From assembly GCA_015999985.1 (NCBI GenBank), contig JAECRA010000003.1:45474-109473 (forward strand): a stretch of 64,000 bases of DNA. The letters run 5' to 3'. Each line of letters starts with the position of its first letter. The stretch's first letter is position 1. This document shows positions 27,896-37,638 of this stretch, piece after piece. The translations under genes were made by a program, and so were the position numbers. Source of the stretch: Comamonadaceae bacterium (GTDB taxonomy: Bacteria > Pseudomonadota > Gammaproteobacteria > Burkholderiales > Burkholderiaceae_C). The notes under the pieces were generated by a model. It ran no database searches. It saw only the letters and a list, made by a program, of their open reading frames with translations, and had not been told where the DNA came from.

Positions 27896-30025
27896 TTAAG
27901 TCGCCTTTCGGGCCTCGGTGAACTCCACATACCAATCCAGGCAATGTGGATTGGCCATGGCCTCTCGATTGACCACTTTTTCGAGCGGCTGGCCCAGCAG
28001 CAGCTTCTTGATAGGCAACTCCTGCTTCTTGCCGGACAAAGTTCGCGGAATTTCAGGCACCTGGAAAATATCGTCCGGCACGAAGCGGGGGCTCAAGGAC
28101 TGGCGAATGGCCGCATTGATACGGCCGCTCAGCGCGTCATCCAGGCTCATGCCGGGTCGCAAGACCACGAACAGTGGCATGTAGCTCTCACGCCCCAGGT
28201 ATTCAAGATCGACCACCATGGAGTCGATCACCTCGGCAATGCCTTCTACCGCACTGTAGATCTCGCTGGTGCCCATGCGCAGGCCATGGCGATTGATGGT
28301 GGCGTCGCTGCGCCCGTAGATCACGCACCAATCGCCCTGGCCGTGCTCGTCGCCCACACGCAACCAGTCGCCGTGGCGCCAGACGCTGCCTGCCGAGGCA
28401 TTCAGATCACCCCCGCCTGGTCGGCGCCCATGGCCAGGCGGGTACATCTCGAAATAACTCGCCCGGTAACGCGCACCATCCGGGTCGTTGACCAGGTACA
28501 AGGGCATGGACGGCAGCGGCTGAGTACAGATCAGTTCCCCCACCTGGCCCGTCACCGGTTCGCCGGCTTCGTTCCAGGCTTCCACCGCAGCGCCCAGCAA
28601 ACGGCATTGCATGGAGCCCGGTGCTTGCGGAAGTTCCCGGCTGCCACCTATGAACGCACCCGCAAAATCAGTACCGCCGGAAATATTGCACCACCAGATG
28701 TCTTCCTGCTCAGGGTTGCCTGCCAGGCGTCTGAATTGGTCCGACCCCCACTGCTGTACATCAGGCGCCAGCGGTGAACCGGTAGAGCCCAACGCCCGGA
28801 TGCGCGAGAGATCGCCGCAGCCCCTCAGATCCACCGAGGCCTTCATGCAACTGGCGTAGAACGCCGCACCCGCGCCGAAGAAGCTGGCCTGGTGACGGGC
28901 CGCGAACCGCCATAGCACGGTCCAGTCTGGTGACTCCTTGGTTCCTCCGGGGCTGCCATCGAAGATGACACAGGTGGTGCCTGAGAGCAAACCTGCGATC
29001 TGTGCATTCCACATCACCCAGCCAGTGGAGCTGTACCAGTGAAAGCGCTCACCGAATGTCTCGCTCTCATAGCTGCAGCCCACGTCATTGTGCAGGCGGC
29101 TCTGCATCATCATGACCATGATCATGCCGCCGTGACCATGCACGATGGGTTTGGGCAACCCCGTGGTTCCGCTGGAATACACCACCCAGACGGGATGGTC
29201 AAAAGGAACCCATACCGGCTCGAAAGCGGTTGTCTGCGCATCATCGCGCGAGGTCGCCGCCTCGAAATCCGACACCCCTTCCAGGGGGTGAGTGGTTTTC
29301 AGGTTGCGGTAGACCAGCGTGTGGGTCACTGAGGGCAGTGCCTTTCGCAGTTGCTGAACCACTTCGGAGCGGTCCAGGTCGCGTCCGGCCCAGGTGACGC
29401 CGTCGCAAGCGATCAACACCTTGGGCTCAATCTGCGTGAAGCGGTCGAGAACCGCATTGGTCCCCATGTCTGGAGCGCACACACTCCAGACCGCCCCCAG
29501 GCTTGCAGTCGCCAGAAAGGCCACTACCGTCTCAGCAATGTTGGGCAGGTAAGCCGCGACGCGGTCACCAGGCTGCACACCTTGCGCGCGCAGATGCAGA
29601 GCCAGCGACGCCACCTGGCGCTTCAACTCTGGCCAGGACAGCTCACAGACTTCGCCCTTTTCGTTGTCGCTGATGAGCGCGGCCAGACCTGCGGCATGCG
29701 CGGGCCCCACATGGCGCATCACCTGCTGCGCGTAATTGGTCTGAGCCCCTGGAAACCAACGGGCCCCTGGCATGACATTGTGCTCAAGCACCGCGGTGTG
29801 CGGCGTGGGTGATTGCAAATCAAGGTGGTCCCAGATGCTTTGCCAGAACGCTTCCAGTTCTGTCGTCGACCAGTGCCAGAGCTCGTGATAGCTCTCGAAA
29901 GAAAGGCCGTGCCGTTCACTCAGCCAGTTCTGGTAGCGCCTGATCTGAGGCACGCGAGGGGAGGACACAGAAGTGGAGGCAGAGGTGCGGATACCGGTAC
30001 GCGGGCTTGTGCTGGCGATGCTCAT
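27896..30025 (-). CDS. Acetoacetate--CoA ligase
   Basis: WFPGA..NYA, YSSGTTGLPKPIVHGHGG, GWVMWN, SGGTD, WRHGDW, GRSDATINRHGLRMGT.EIY, GKKQE.P.K. Confidence 0.92.
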   Translation of the reverse strand: MSIASTSPRTGIRTSASTSVSSPRVPQIRRYQNWLSERHGLSFESYHELWHWSTTELEAFWQSIWDHLDLQSPTPHTAVLEHNVMPGARWFPGAQTNYAQQVMRHVGPAHAAGLAALISDNEKGEVCELSWPELKRQVASLALHLRAQGVQPGDRVAAYLPNIAETVVAFLATASLGAVWSVCAPDMGTNAVLDRFTQIEPKVLIACDGVTWAGRDLDRSEVVQQLRKALPSVTHTLVYRNLKTTHPLEGVSDFEAATSRDDAQTTAFEPVWVPFDHPVWVVYSSGTTGLPKPIVHGHGGMIMVMMMQSRLHNDVGCSYESETFGERFHWYSSTGWVMWNAQIAGLLSGTTCVIFDGSPGGTKESPDWTVLWRFAARHQASFFGAGAAFYASCMKASVDLRGCGDLSRIRALGSTGSPLAPDVQQWGSDQFRRLAGNPEQEDIWWCNISGGTDFAGAFIGGSRELPQAPGSMQCRLLGAAVEAWNEAGEPVTGQVGELICTQPLPSMPLYLVNDPDGARYRASYFEMYPPGHGRRPGGGDLNASAGSVWRHGDWLRVGDEHGQGDWCVIYGRSDATINRHGLRMGTSEIYSAVEGIAEVIDSMVVDLEYLGRESYMPLFVVLRPGMSLDDALSGRINAAIRQSLSPRFVPDDIFQVPEIPRTLSGKKQELPIKKLLLGQPLEKVVNREAMANPHCLDWYVEFTEARKAT

Positions 30026-30085
30026 GCATTGGATTATTGAGGCAGTGCGCACGATTTACCAATAGCAAGATAGGAAGACTCGGGT

Positions 30086-30122
30086 TTGTACGCATGTTCA
30101 AAAAACTTGTACACCTGTTCAA
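30086..30122. promoter_or_regulatory. Tandem TetR operator candidates
   Basis: TTGTACGCATGTTCAA (30086-30101) and TTGTACACCTGTTCAA (30107-30122), 21 bp apart, between divergent genes. Confidence 0.6.
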
Positions 30123-30129
30123 TACAGGC

Positions 30130-30852
30130 ATGAGTTCCGCACCGCGTCGTCCGCCCAGCTTGCCTGCCCTGCTCCCTCGGGGCAGTGGCATGGCGACCCG
30201 GGGGAGTGCCGCAACGGAACGCCGCGACCGCCGCACCGAGATACTGCTGGCCGCGGAAAAGCTCTTTGCCCAGCACGGCTACCACGCCGTGCCCTTGAGA
30301 AAGATCGCCAGTGAGGCGGGTGTCCCGCTGGCCTTGGTGGGCTACTACTTCGGTGCCAAGCACGAACTGTTTCATGCCATTTTTGAACGTTGGCAACCCA
30401 CCATAGAAGCCCGCCTGGCTCTGCTGCGTGAAGTCATGCCCGACATCACGGCCCAAGCGTCCGCACTGCAACCCATCGTGAGCGCCTTCGTGGAGCCCGT
30501 GCTCCAAATGCGGGTCAGTCCGGAGGGTGAGTTCTATGCCTTGCTGGTCAGTCGCGAGCTCTCGTATGACCGCGAAGAGGCGGACCGGGTCCTGCGTGAC
30601 TTCTTCGACCCTTTGGCGCACGCCTTCATCGACGCGCTGCAAGCAGCTCGCCCCCAAGCCACGCGTGCGCAGGCGGCCTGGGGCTACCAGTTCGCCCTGG
30701 GCGCGCTGCTGCACCACATCAGCGACCAACGTGTGGAACGTCTGTCGCACGGCATCAACCCACCCAACGATGCCTCAGCCGAGCCTTTACTCATCAGCTT
30801 CATCGCCGCCGGCATGGACGCTGTGCTTCAAACAAACCAAAGGAGACCCTGA
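30130..30852 (+). CDS. TetR/AcrR-family regulator
   Basis: ILLAAEKLFAQHGYHAV.LR.IA..AGV..ALV.YYFG.K..L. Start at 30130 or 30190. Confidence 0.9.
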   Translation: MSSAPRRPPSLPALLPRGSGMATRGSAATERRDRRTEILLAAEKLFAQHGYHAVPLRKIASEAGVPLALVGYYFGAKHELFHAIFERWQPTIEARLALLREVMPDITAQASALQPIVSAFVEPVLQMRVSPEGEFYALLVSRELSYDREEADRVLRDFFDPLAHAFIDALQAARPQATRAQAAWGYQFALGALLHHISDQRVERLSHGINPPNDASAEPLLISFIAAGMDAVLQTNQRRP

Positions 30853-31793
30853 TGAAACGCCGCAACACTCTGCAAGCCCTGGCTGCCCTGGCCGCTACCG
30901 GCCTGGCCCGTCCCGCCTTCAGCCAGACGACCAAGATCGTCTTTGGCTACACGGCGGTCACCGACTTCACTTCCGTCTTTGTCGCAGCAGACCAGGGCTA
31001 TTTCAAGAAGCGCGGACTGGACGTGGAACTGAAGTTCATTCCACTCAACTCCACCATTCCAGCCGCTGTTCAGGCTGACTCACTGCAGATTGGTGGCCCC
31101 ACTCCCAGCGTGTACCTGCAATCGGTTGACGGTGGGCTGGACCAGGTCGTCGTAGCGGGTGGAGGGGTGACGTCCAAATCGATCACCGGTTTCGGCCTGG
31201 TGGCGCGGGCCGGAAGCGGCATCAAGACCGCCGCCCATTGTGTGGGCAAGAAAATCGGCGTACCAGGCTTGGGAGCCTTCCTGCACGTGACTTTCCGCGC
31301 GTGGCTCAAGGACCAGGGCGTGGACTACAAGAAAGTCAATTTCGTTGAATCAGCCTTCCCCCAGCACGGCGACATGCTGCGTGGCGGCTCGGTCGACGCC
31401 GTGGTCAGCGCGGACCCATTCATGAGCCGCATCACGGACACGGGTGTGGGGTATGTGGCGTCTTACTACTCCACCTTCTTGCCTGAAGGTCAGCCCACCA
31501 TCATCCATGTGGCCCGGCGCGACTGGGCACAGAAGAATGCCCCAGCGGTGCGCAGCTTCCAGCAGGCGGTGCAAGAGGGCGCTGCCTTCATGCAAAACCC
31601 CAAGAACAACGATGCGGTGCGCGCCACCATCGGCAAATACATCAAGCTGCCCGCTGAAGTTCTGGCGAAGATGCAGATTTCACCGCCTGGCCCCGTCGTT
31701 ACCACCAAGCAACTGGATTATTGGGTGGCGCTGATGAAAGAGCAGGACATGCTGAAGACTTCGCCCAACGTCAATTCGCTGTTGTTCAAGTAA
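30852..31793 (+). CDS. NitT/TauT/SsuA-type ABC substrate-binding protein
   Basis: Tat-like MKRR signal; VA.DQGYFKKRGLDVEL, GKKIGVPG, GSVDAV...DPF. Confidence 0.9.
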   Translation: MKRRNTLQALAALAATGLARPAFSQTTKIVFGYTAVTDFTSVFVAADQGYFKKRGLDVELKFIPLNSTIPAAVQADSLQIGGPTPSVYLQSVDGGLDQVVVAGGGVTSKSITGFGLVARAGSGIKTAAHCVGKKIGVPGLGAFLHVTFRAWLKDQGVDYKKVNFVESAFPQHGDMLRGGSVDAVVSADPFMSRITDTGVGYVASYYSTFLPEGQPTIIHVARRDWAQKNAPAVRSFQQAVQEGAAFMQNPKNNDAVRATIGKYIKLPAEVLAKMQISPPGPVVTTKQLDYWVALMKEQDMLKTSPNVNSLLFK

Positions 31794-31799
31794 CGCCTC

Positions 31800-32570
31800 A
31801 TGACCGAAAGCGTTCTGGAGTTTGACCGCGTCGCCATCCATCTGGGTGGGCGCGAAATCCTCTCACCCACCAGCGTCAGTATCAAGCGCGGCGAGTTCGT
31901 CTGCATCATTGGCCCTTCCGGCTGCGGTAAAACAACGCTTCTGCGCGCCGCTGCGGGATTTGTGACACCCAGCAGCGGGCAGGTGACCCGCCACAGCCAA
32001 CCGGTGACGGGCCCCTCGCGCGAGGTGGCCTTTGTGTTTCAGGACTATGGCCGGGCACTGCTTCCCTGGCGCACGGTGGCACGCAATGTGGCCCTGGCGC
32101 TGGAGGCCGCACGCGTGCCGCAAGCCGAGCAAGCGGCTCGCATCGAAAAAGTGCTGGCCACCGTGGGGCTCAGCGCGCACGCGGACAAGTTCCCCGCGCA
32201 GTTGTCCGGCGGTATGCAGCAACGCGTGCAGATCGCGCGCTGCCTGGCTCAGTCACCCGAGGTGATGCTCATGGACGAGCCATTCGGCGCCCTGGATGCC
32301 ATGACGCGTGAGAGCCTGCAAGATGAAGTGGCGCGGCTGGTACGCGAGCAAGGCTTGACCGTGCTCTTCGTGACCCACGATCTTGAAGAGGCCTTGTACC
32401 TGGGCGACCGGGTGCTGGCCCTGCGTGCCAACCCCACGACAGAACAGCCCAGCCTGGCGGCGCTGATCGACGTGCCGTTGCCTAAGCCCCGCGAACAACT
32501 CTCGACCAAGGAACACCCTGAATTCCTGCGCCTGCGACGCGAGTTGTACCACTACCTGGGGCACACATGA
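31800..32570 (+). CDS. ABC transporter ATP-binding protein (TauB/SsuB-like)
   Basis: GPSGCGKTT, LSGGMQQR, MDEPFGALD, VTHD. Confidence 0.93.
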   Translation: MTESVLEFDRVAIHLGGREILSPTSVSIKRGEFVCIIGPSGCGKTTLLRAAAGFVTPSSGQVTRHSQPVTGPSREVAFVFQDYGRALLPWRTVARNVALALEAARVPQAEQAARIEKVLATVGLSAHADKFPAQLSGGMQQRVQIARCLAQSPEVMLMDEPFGALDAMTRESLQDEVARLVREQGLTVLFVTHDLEEALYLGDRVLALRANPTTEQPSLAALIDVPLPKPREQLSTKEHPEFLRLRRELYHYLGHT

Positions 32571-33322
32571 TCAGGTGGTTTCGACCCTTCGTGTTCCCGG
32601 CATTGGTGTTGGCCGCACTGGAGATATGGGCTCGCACCATAGGTGCTAGCAGCGACTCTGTAGCCCCGCCTAGTGCGGCGCTGATCGCCTTCGGCAGTGC
32701 GCTCACGGATGGATCTCTGCTGGTCGCCACGGGCTTTACCCTTGGCAGTGCAGCCGTTGGCCTGTTGATTGGAGGAGGACTGGGCGTGGCGCTGGGAACC
32801 CTTCTGGGCCTGTCGGCCCGCGCGGCACGGCTTTCATTCATCAGTGTGGAGGTTCTCCGGCCTGTCCCATCGGTCGCGCTGATTCCTCTGGCCATGCTGG
32901 TATTCGGCTTTGGGTTGCGCATGGAAGTCAGCGTCGTCGCATTCGCCTGCCTGTGGCCCATGGCTCTGCTGGCGCAAGCTGCGGTGCAACAGGTAGAGCC
33001 ACGGCTACTGGAAGTGGCGCGCGCCCTGCAGATGAATGCCTGGCAAAGATTTACCTGGATCGTCGGCCCCGCCATCGTGCCTCGCCTGTTCGTGGCCTTG
33101 CGCCTTGGCGTGGCCATTGCCCTGGTGGTGGCCGTCACGGTAGAGATTGCAGCCAACCCGCACGGCATGGGCTACAGCATGATGATTGCCCAACAGAGCC
33201 TGGACCCGGCACTGATGCTGGCCTGGTTGCTGTGGATAGGTTTGGTCGGCTTTGCCATCAACGCAGGCGCTCTATGGCTGCAGCGGGGAGTCGCTCGGCG
33301 GATGGGGGAGGTTGCGTCATGA
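32567..33322 (+). CDS. ABC transporter permease (TauC/SsuC-like)
   Basis: Hydrophobic; RPVPSVALIPL and EVARAL EAA-type loop. Confidence 0.9.
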   Translation: MIRWFRPFVFPALVLAALEIWARTIGASSDSVAPPSAALIAFGSALTDGSLLVATGFTLGSAAVGLLIGGGLGVALGTLLGLSARAARLSFISVEVLRPVPSVALIPLAMLVFGFGLRMEVSVVAFACLWPMALLAQAAVQQVEPRLLEVARALQMNAWQRFTWIVGPAIVPRLFVALRLGVAIALVVAVTVEIAANPHGMGYSMMIAQQSLDPALMLAWLLWIGLVGFAINAGALWLQRGVARRMGEVAS

Positions 33323-34083
33323 ATCGGCGTTTCACACCCATGGAGATCTGTGGTTCCCTGGCGGTGCTCGCTGGCTTGGTGGCCTGTTGGTGGCTGGCCA
33401 GCCACGCCGGCTGGATCAGCAGGGTGTTTCTACCCACACCCGAAGCCACGTTGTCCAGTCTGCGCGATGGCCTGGTTGATGGGGACCTGGGCTCATACAC
33501 CCTGGCCACCGTTGGCCGGATGCTCGCCGGCTGGGGCCTGGCCGGCGTGGCGGGCATCGCCCTCGGAGCTTTGGTCGGCAGCAGTGCGGCAGCGCGCGCC
33601 TGGATCGGCCCCACGCTGGAATTCATCCGTCCTTTACCGGCTTCTGCTGTGATTCCGCTGGCCATCGCCATCTTTGGACTTTCAAGCGGCATGGTGCTTG
33701 CCGTGGTCGCCTTCGGTGCCATGTGGCCAGTGTTGCTGGCCACGGTGCACGGACTGGCCGGGGTTCATGTGCGCTTGCGTGAAGTGGCCACAGCCCTGCA
33801 ACTCGGACGCATGGAATTCCTGTGGAAGATCGGACTACCCAACGCATTGCCCGATATCGTGGCCGGCATGCGGCTCGCGCTGACGGTTTCACTGATCGTC
33901 AGCGTGGTGGGCGAGATGATTGCTTCACAGCCTGGCTTGGGCCAAGCCATTTTGTTGGCCGCCCGCTCCTTTCGCGCCAGCGAGCTGTTTGCCGGGATCG
34001 CCCTGCTGGGCGCTATCGGCTTCGTCAGCAACGCAGGTCTGGCGCTCCTGGAGCGGCGCCTCTTGCGTTGGCAGCATCCGTGA
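33319..34083 (+). CDS. ABC transporter permease (TauC/SsuC-like)
   Basis: FIRPLPASAVIP, P.ALPDI.AGMR, VVGEM..SQPGLG. ATG 33319 overlaps the upstream TGA. Confidence 0.9.
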   Translation: MNRRFTPMEICGSLAVLAGLVACWWLASHAGWISRVFLPTPEATLSSLRDGLVDGDLGSYTLATVGRMLAGWGLAGVAGIALGALVGSSAAARAWIGPTLEFIRPLPASAVIPLAIAIFGLSSGMVLAVVAFGAMWPVLLATVHGLAGVHVRLREVATALQLGRMEFLWKIGLPNALPDIVAGMRLALTVSLIVSVVGEMIASQPGLGQAILLAARSFRASELFAGIALLGAIGFVSNAGLALLERRLLRWQHP

Positions 34084-34124
34084 TGCCTTGCCGACTTGAT
34101 CACTCATAACTCCAGGAGACTCCC

Positions 34125-34931
34125 ATGGTGCGCCGCTTCGTCGATCTGTCCATTTACCTAGAAAACGACGTCATTTCGGATCCGCCGGCGTTCGCGCCCA
34201 AGATCCAGTATTTCAACCACGAGAACTCGTTCGAGCAGATGGCGCCGTTCTTTCCGGGGCTGAAGCAGGAAGACCTGCCCGATGGGGAAGTTTGGGCAGT
34301 GGAGACCATTCAACTGTCCACCCACAATGGCACGCATCTGGACGCGCCCTATCACTTTCACAGCACCATGGACAAGGCGCTAGGCGACCAGAAGCGCTCC
34401 TGGACCATCGATGAAGTGCCGCTCGAATGGTGCTTTCAACCAGGCGTCAAGCTCGATTTCCGCCACTTTGCCGACGGCTATGTCGTGACCGCAGCCGATG
34501 TCGAAGCGGAACTCAAACGCATCGGCCACGAACTGAAACCTCTGGAAATCGTGGTCGTCAACACCCGCGCGGGTAGCCGCTACGGGCACAACGACTTTGT
34601 GGCGGCAGGTTGCGGCATGGGCTATGAGGCCACGATGTATCTGCTGGAGCGCGGCGTGCGTCTGACAGGCACCGATGCCTGGAGCTGGGATGCACCGTTT
34701 GTCTACACTGCGCAAAAATACGCAGAGAGCCAGGACGCAGGCCTGATCTGGGAAGGCCACAAAGCCGGCCGCGACATTGGGTACTGCCATCTCGAGAAAC
34801 TGCACAACCTGGAAGCGCTGCCCGCCTCCGGTTTTTACATCTCATGCTTTCCGCACAAGATTCGCGGCGCCTCTGCGGGCTGGACACGCGCCGTCGCGAT
34901 CTTTGACGATGCGCTGATGGCTAGTTCATGA
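34125..34931 (+). CDS. Cyclase-family (kynurenine formamidase-like) metal hydrolase
   Basis: HNGTHLDAPYH motif, GTDAWSWD, WEGH, EKL.NL, TRAVA; RBS AGGAG. Confidence 0.9.
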   Translation: MVRRFVDLSIYLENDVISDPPAFAPKIQYFNHENSFEQMAPFFPGLKQEDLPDGEVWAVETIQLSTHNGTHLDAPYHFHSTMDKALGDQKRSWTIDEVPLEWCFQPGVKLDFRHFADGYVVTAADVEAELKRIGHELKPLEIVVVNTRAGSRYGHNDFVAAGCGMGYEATMYLLERGVRLTGTDAWSWDAPFVYTAQKYAESQDAGLIWEGHKAGRDIGYCHLEKLHNLEALPASGFYISCFPHKIRGASAGWTRAVAIFDDALMASS

Positions 34932-34945
34932 CAGTCAACCTATCA

Positions 34946-35094
34946 CCGTTCACGCCTGTCGAAGCTTCAAGCAAGGCTTCGACATGCTCAATGAACAGCA
35001 TTTTTATTGCTGAGGAGTTCGGTTTCACAACAATCCGTTCGCGCTGAGCTTGTCCAAGCGTTGCGCAAGCCTTCGACAGGCTCAGGCCGAACGG
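34946..35094. repeat. Two REP-like palindromic units
   Basis: Degenerate unit 34946-34998 and near-complete unit 35035-35094 (CCGTTCG.GCTGAGCTTGTC.AAG...CTTCGACAGGCTCAG.CCGAACGG). Confidence 0.65.
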
Positions 35095-35158
35095 TTTTAA
35101 GCGACCGCCGTAACACGCCCTCCCAGATCGACCCACTGACTCCACCCCGGACTTCACC

Positions 35159-36475
35159 ATGACTTTGCTCGACCACACCCACAATCCCGCCACACGCAGC
35201 TGGCTCGCTTCCGCCAATGTGGCCGGAGGCGACTTTCCAATCCAGAACCTGCCCTTCGGAATCATGCGGCGCCGCGGCAGCAACGAAGCCTTTCGCGGTG
35301 CGGTGGCCATTGGCGATCAAGTGCTGGACTTGGCGGCGCTGGCCCAACTGGGCGTGATCAGCGGTGCGGCAGGAGATGCCTTGCAACAGGCAGCGCAAGA
35401 TGCGCTCAATGATTTCATGGCCGCCGGGCCACTCGCCTGGCGCGCACTGCGGCACGCGCTGTTCGACCTACTGAAAGAGGGCGCCCCCGCAGAGCAAAGC
35501 GTGAGGTCCTGCCTCATCGCACAGGCTGATGTGGAGCACCGCCTGCCCTCACGTATTGGTGACTACACGGACTTCTACACGTCCATCCACCATGCGCGCA
35601 ACGTCGGTCGCGTCATCCGGCCGGACGATCCACTCACGCCCAATTTCCAGTGGTTGCCCATTGCCTACCACGGCCGTGCCAGCAGTGTGGTGATCAGCGG
35701 CACCGACTACCACCGACCACACGGGCAAGCCATGCCGCCCGGCGCCAAGGCGCCTGTCTACAACGCCTGCACGCGCCTGGACTTCGAGTTGGAGATGGGC
35801 TTTTTCGTGGGCCCGGGCAACCGCATGGGCCAAGCTGTTCCACTTGCTCAAGCCGAGCAACATATCTTTGGCATGTGCCTTCTGAACGACTGGTCGGCGC
35901 GCGACCATCAGTTCTGGGAAATGAACCCCCTGGGCCCGTTCCTGGGTAAGAATTTCTGCACCAGCATTTCGCCCTGGATTGTCACCATGGACGCCTTGGC
36001 GCCGTTCCGGGTGGCCTTTGAGCGCCCAGCCGATGAACCTCAACCTCTGGCCTATCTGGATGAGCCGGGTAACCGCGCGGCGGGTGGGGTGGACGTTCAG
36101 CTCAGCGTGGGTCTGGAGTCTGAACAGCACCGCGCAAAAGGCCTGGCAGCCGCAGAAATCTCACGCACCAGTTTCCGCCATCAGTACTGGACGATCGCGC
36201 AAATGCTCGCTCAGCACACGGTGGGCGGCTGCAACCTGCAACCCGGCGACCTCTGCGGCACGGGCACCATCAGTGGCCCCACAGCTGGCGAAGCCGGCGC
36301 GATTGTGGAGCTGAGCCAAGGTGGCACCAAGCCCATCACACTGGCGGGTACCGGAGAGCAGCGCACGTTCTTGCTGGATGGGGATGCCGTGATCCTGCGC
36401 GGTTGGTGCGAACGAGAAGGCTCTGCGCGCATTGGTTTTGGCGAATGCCGGGGAATGGTTCTGCCGGCGGTTTGA
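35159..36475 (+). CDS. fahA: Fumarylacetoacetase
   Basis: DFPIQNLPFG, IGDYTDFY.SIHHA, PIAYHGRASS, LDFELE, LNDWSARD.Q.WE..PLGPF.GK, GTGTISGP, IGFGEC. Confidence 0.92.
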   Translation: MTLLDHTHNPATRSWLASANVAGGDFPIQNLPFGIMRRRGSNEAFRGAVAIGDQVLDLAALAQLGVISGAAGDALQQAAQDALNDFMAAGPLAWRALRHALFDLLKEGAPAEQSVRSCLIAQADVEHRLPSRIGDYTDFYTSIHHARNVGRVIRPDDPLTPNFQWLPIAYHGRASSVVISGTDYHRPHGQAMPPGAKAPVYNACTRLDFELEMGFFVGPGNRMGQAVPLAQAEQHIFGMCLLNDWSARDHQFWEMNPLGPFLGKNFCTSISPWIVTMDALAPFRVAFERPADEPQPLAYLDEPGNRAAGGVDVQLSVGLESEQHRAKGLAAAEISRTSFRHQYWTIAQMLAQHTVGGCNLQPGDLCGTGTISGPTAGEAGAIVELSQGGTKPITLAGTGEQRTFLLDGDAVILRGWCEREGSARIGFGECRGMVLPAV

Positions 36476-36636
36476 AGCGACCGGGCATCGCGGTATGCGA
36501 TCCTTGTCGCGGTCATGATGGCATATAGTTCGTTTAATAGACAAACTTCCCATCAACTGAATGACGCCGAGGATCGAACGCTGATCTCTGTGGGTGAGCA
36601 CGTCATGGCGTCCTTCGACTCTGCTCAAAACAGGCC

Positions 36637-37629
36637 ATGACCAACCGACGCATCGTGCTCACCTCACGCCCGCAAGGCTTGCCTCGCCCTGCGGACTTCC
36701 GTATCGACAACGCCGCCATACCCCGGCCAGGCGAAGGTGAAGTGCTGCTGCGCCACACCTGGTTGGGCCTGGCGCCTGCTGCCCGCTTGCGCATGGGAGA
36801 AGAAGCGTCGTACCGGGAGCCCATGGCTCTGGGCGACGTCGTGTACGGGCAGGCCATTGGCCACGTGGTGGAGTCGCAAGCGCCAAGCTTGCCGGTAGGC
36901 GCAGCCGTGATGTCGGTCAGCGGCGGCTGGCAGGAGTACTCGGTGGCTCGCGCCGAAAGCCTGCTTCGGATAGATGAGTCGGTCGCTCCAGCCACTGTCT
37001 GGCTGGGCGCGCTGGGCACCTCCGGCATGACGGCCTACGTAGGGCTGCTGGACTTCGGGCAACCGCGTGAAGGCGAGACCGTAGTGGTGTCGGCAGCCAG
37101 CGGCGGCGTGGGATCCAACGTGGGGCAAATCGCCCGCCTGAAGGGCTGCCGCGTGGTCGGTATCGCCGGCGGAGAGGGCAAAGTACGCCATGTGCGCGAC
37201 CAACTCGGTTTTGACGCGGCTGTCGACTATAAAAGCCCTGACTTCGCCCAGACGTTAAAGGCAGCCTGCCCTTCAGGGGTGGACGTCTACTTTGACAATG
37301 TGGGTGGCGCGGTCCGCGATGCCGTCTGGCCCCTGATGAACCCGGACGGACGGATCGTCGTCTGCGGCTTGATCGCCGAATACAACGACAGTCGTCAGGG
37401 AGGGCCCGGTTGGTTCCCCATTCTCTCCAAGCGGCTGGCGCTGCACGGCTTCATCATGAGCGACCATCTTCACAGGCAACCAGAGTTCCTGCGCGAGATG
37501 GCCCAGTGGATTCAGGCAGGCCGCATCCACGTCCGGGAAGATGTGAGCGAAGGCCTGGAGAACGTGGTCCCGGCCTTTATCCGCATGTTGACTGGGCAGA
37601 ACTTCGGCAAGACCGTGGTGAGGCTTTGA
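36637..37629 (+). CDS. NADP-dependent alkenal/enone oxidoreductase (CurA/YncB/PTGR-like MDR)
   Basis: SRPQG.P, TAYVGL, VSAASGGVGS, GIAGG, YFDNVGG, CGLIA.YN, G.NFGK. Confidence 0.92.
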   Translation: MTNRRIVLTSRPQGLPRPADFRIDNAAIPRPGEGEVLLRHTWLGLAPAARLRMGEEASYREPMALGDVVYGQAIGHVVESQAPSLPVGAAVMSVSGGWQEYSVARAESLLRIDESVAPATVWLGALGTSGMTAYVGLLDFGQPREGETVVVSAASGGVGSNVGQIARLKGCRVVGIAGGEGKVRHVRDQLGFDAAVDYKSPDFAQTLKAACPSGVDVYFDNVGGAVRDAVWPLMNPDGRIVVCGLIAEYNDSRQGGPGWFPILSKRLALHGFIMSDHLHRQPEFLREMAQWIQAGRIHVREDVSEGLENVVPAFIRMLTGQNFGKTVVRL

Positions 37630-37638
37630 TCGACATTT

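Noticed and set aside
34946-35094. Repeat pair as a mini CRISPR array
   Set aside because: Only two unequal, internally palindromic 50-60 bp units and no cas genes; fits REP-like elements.
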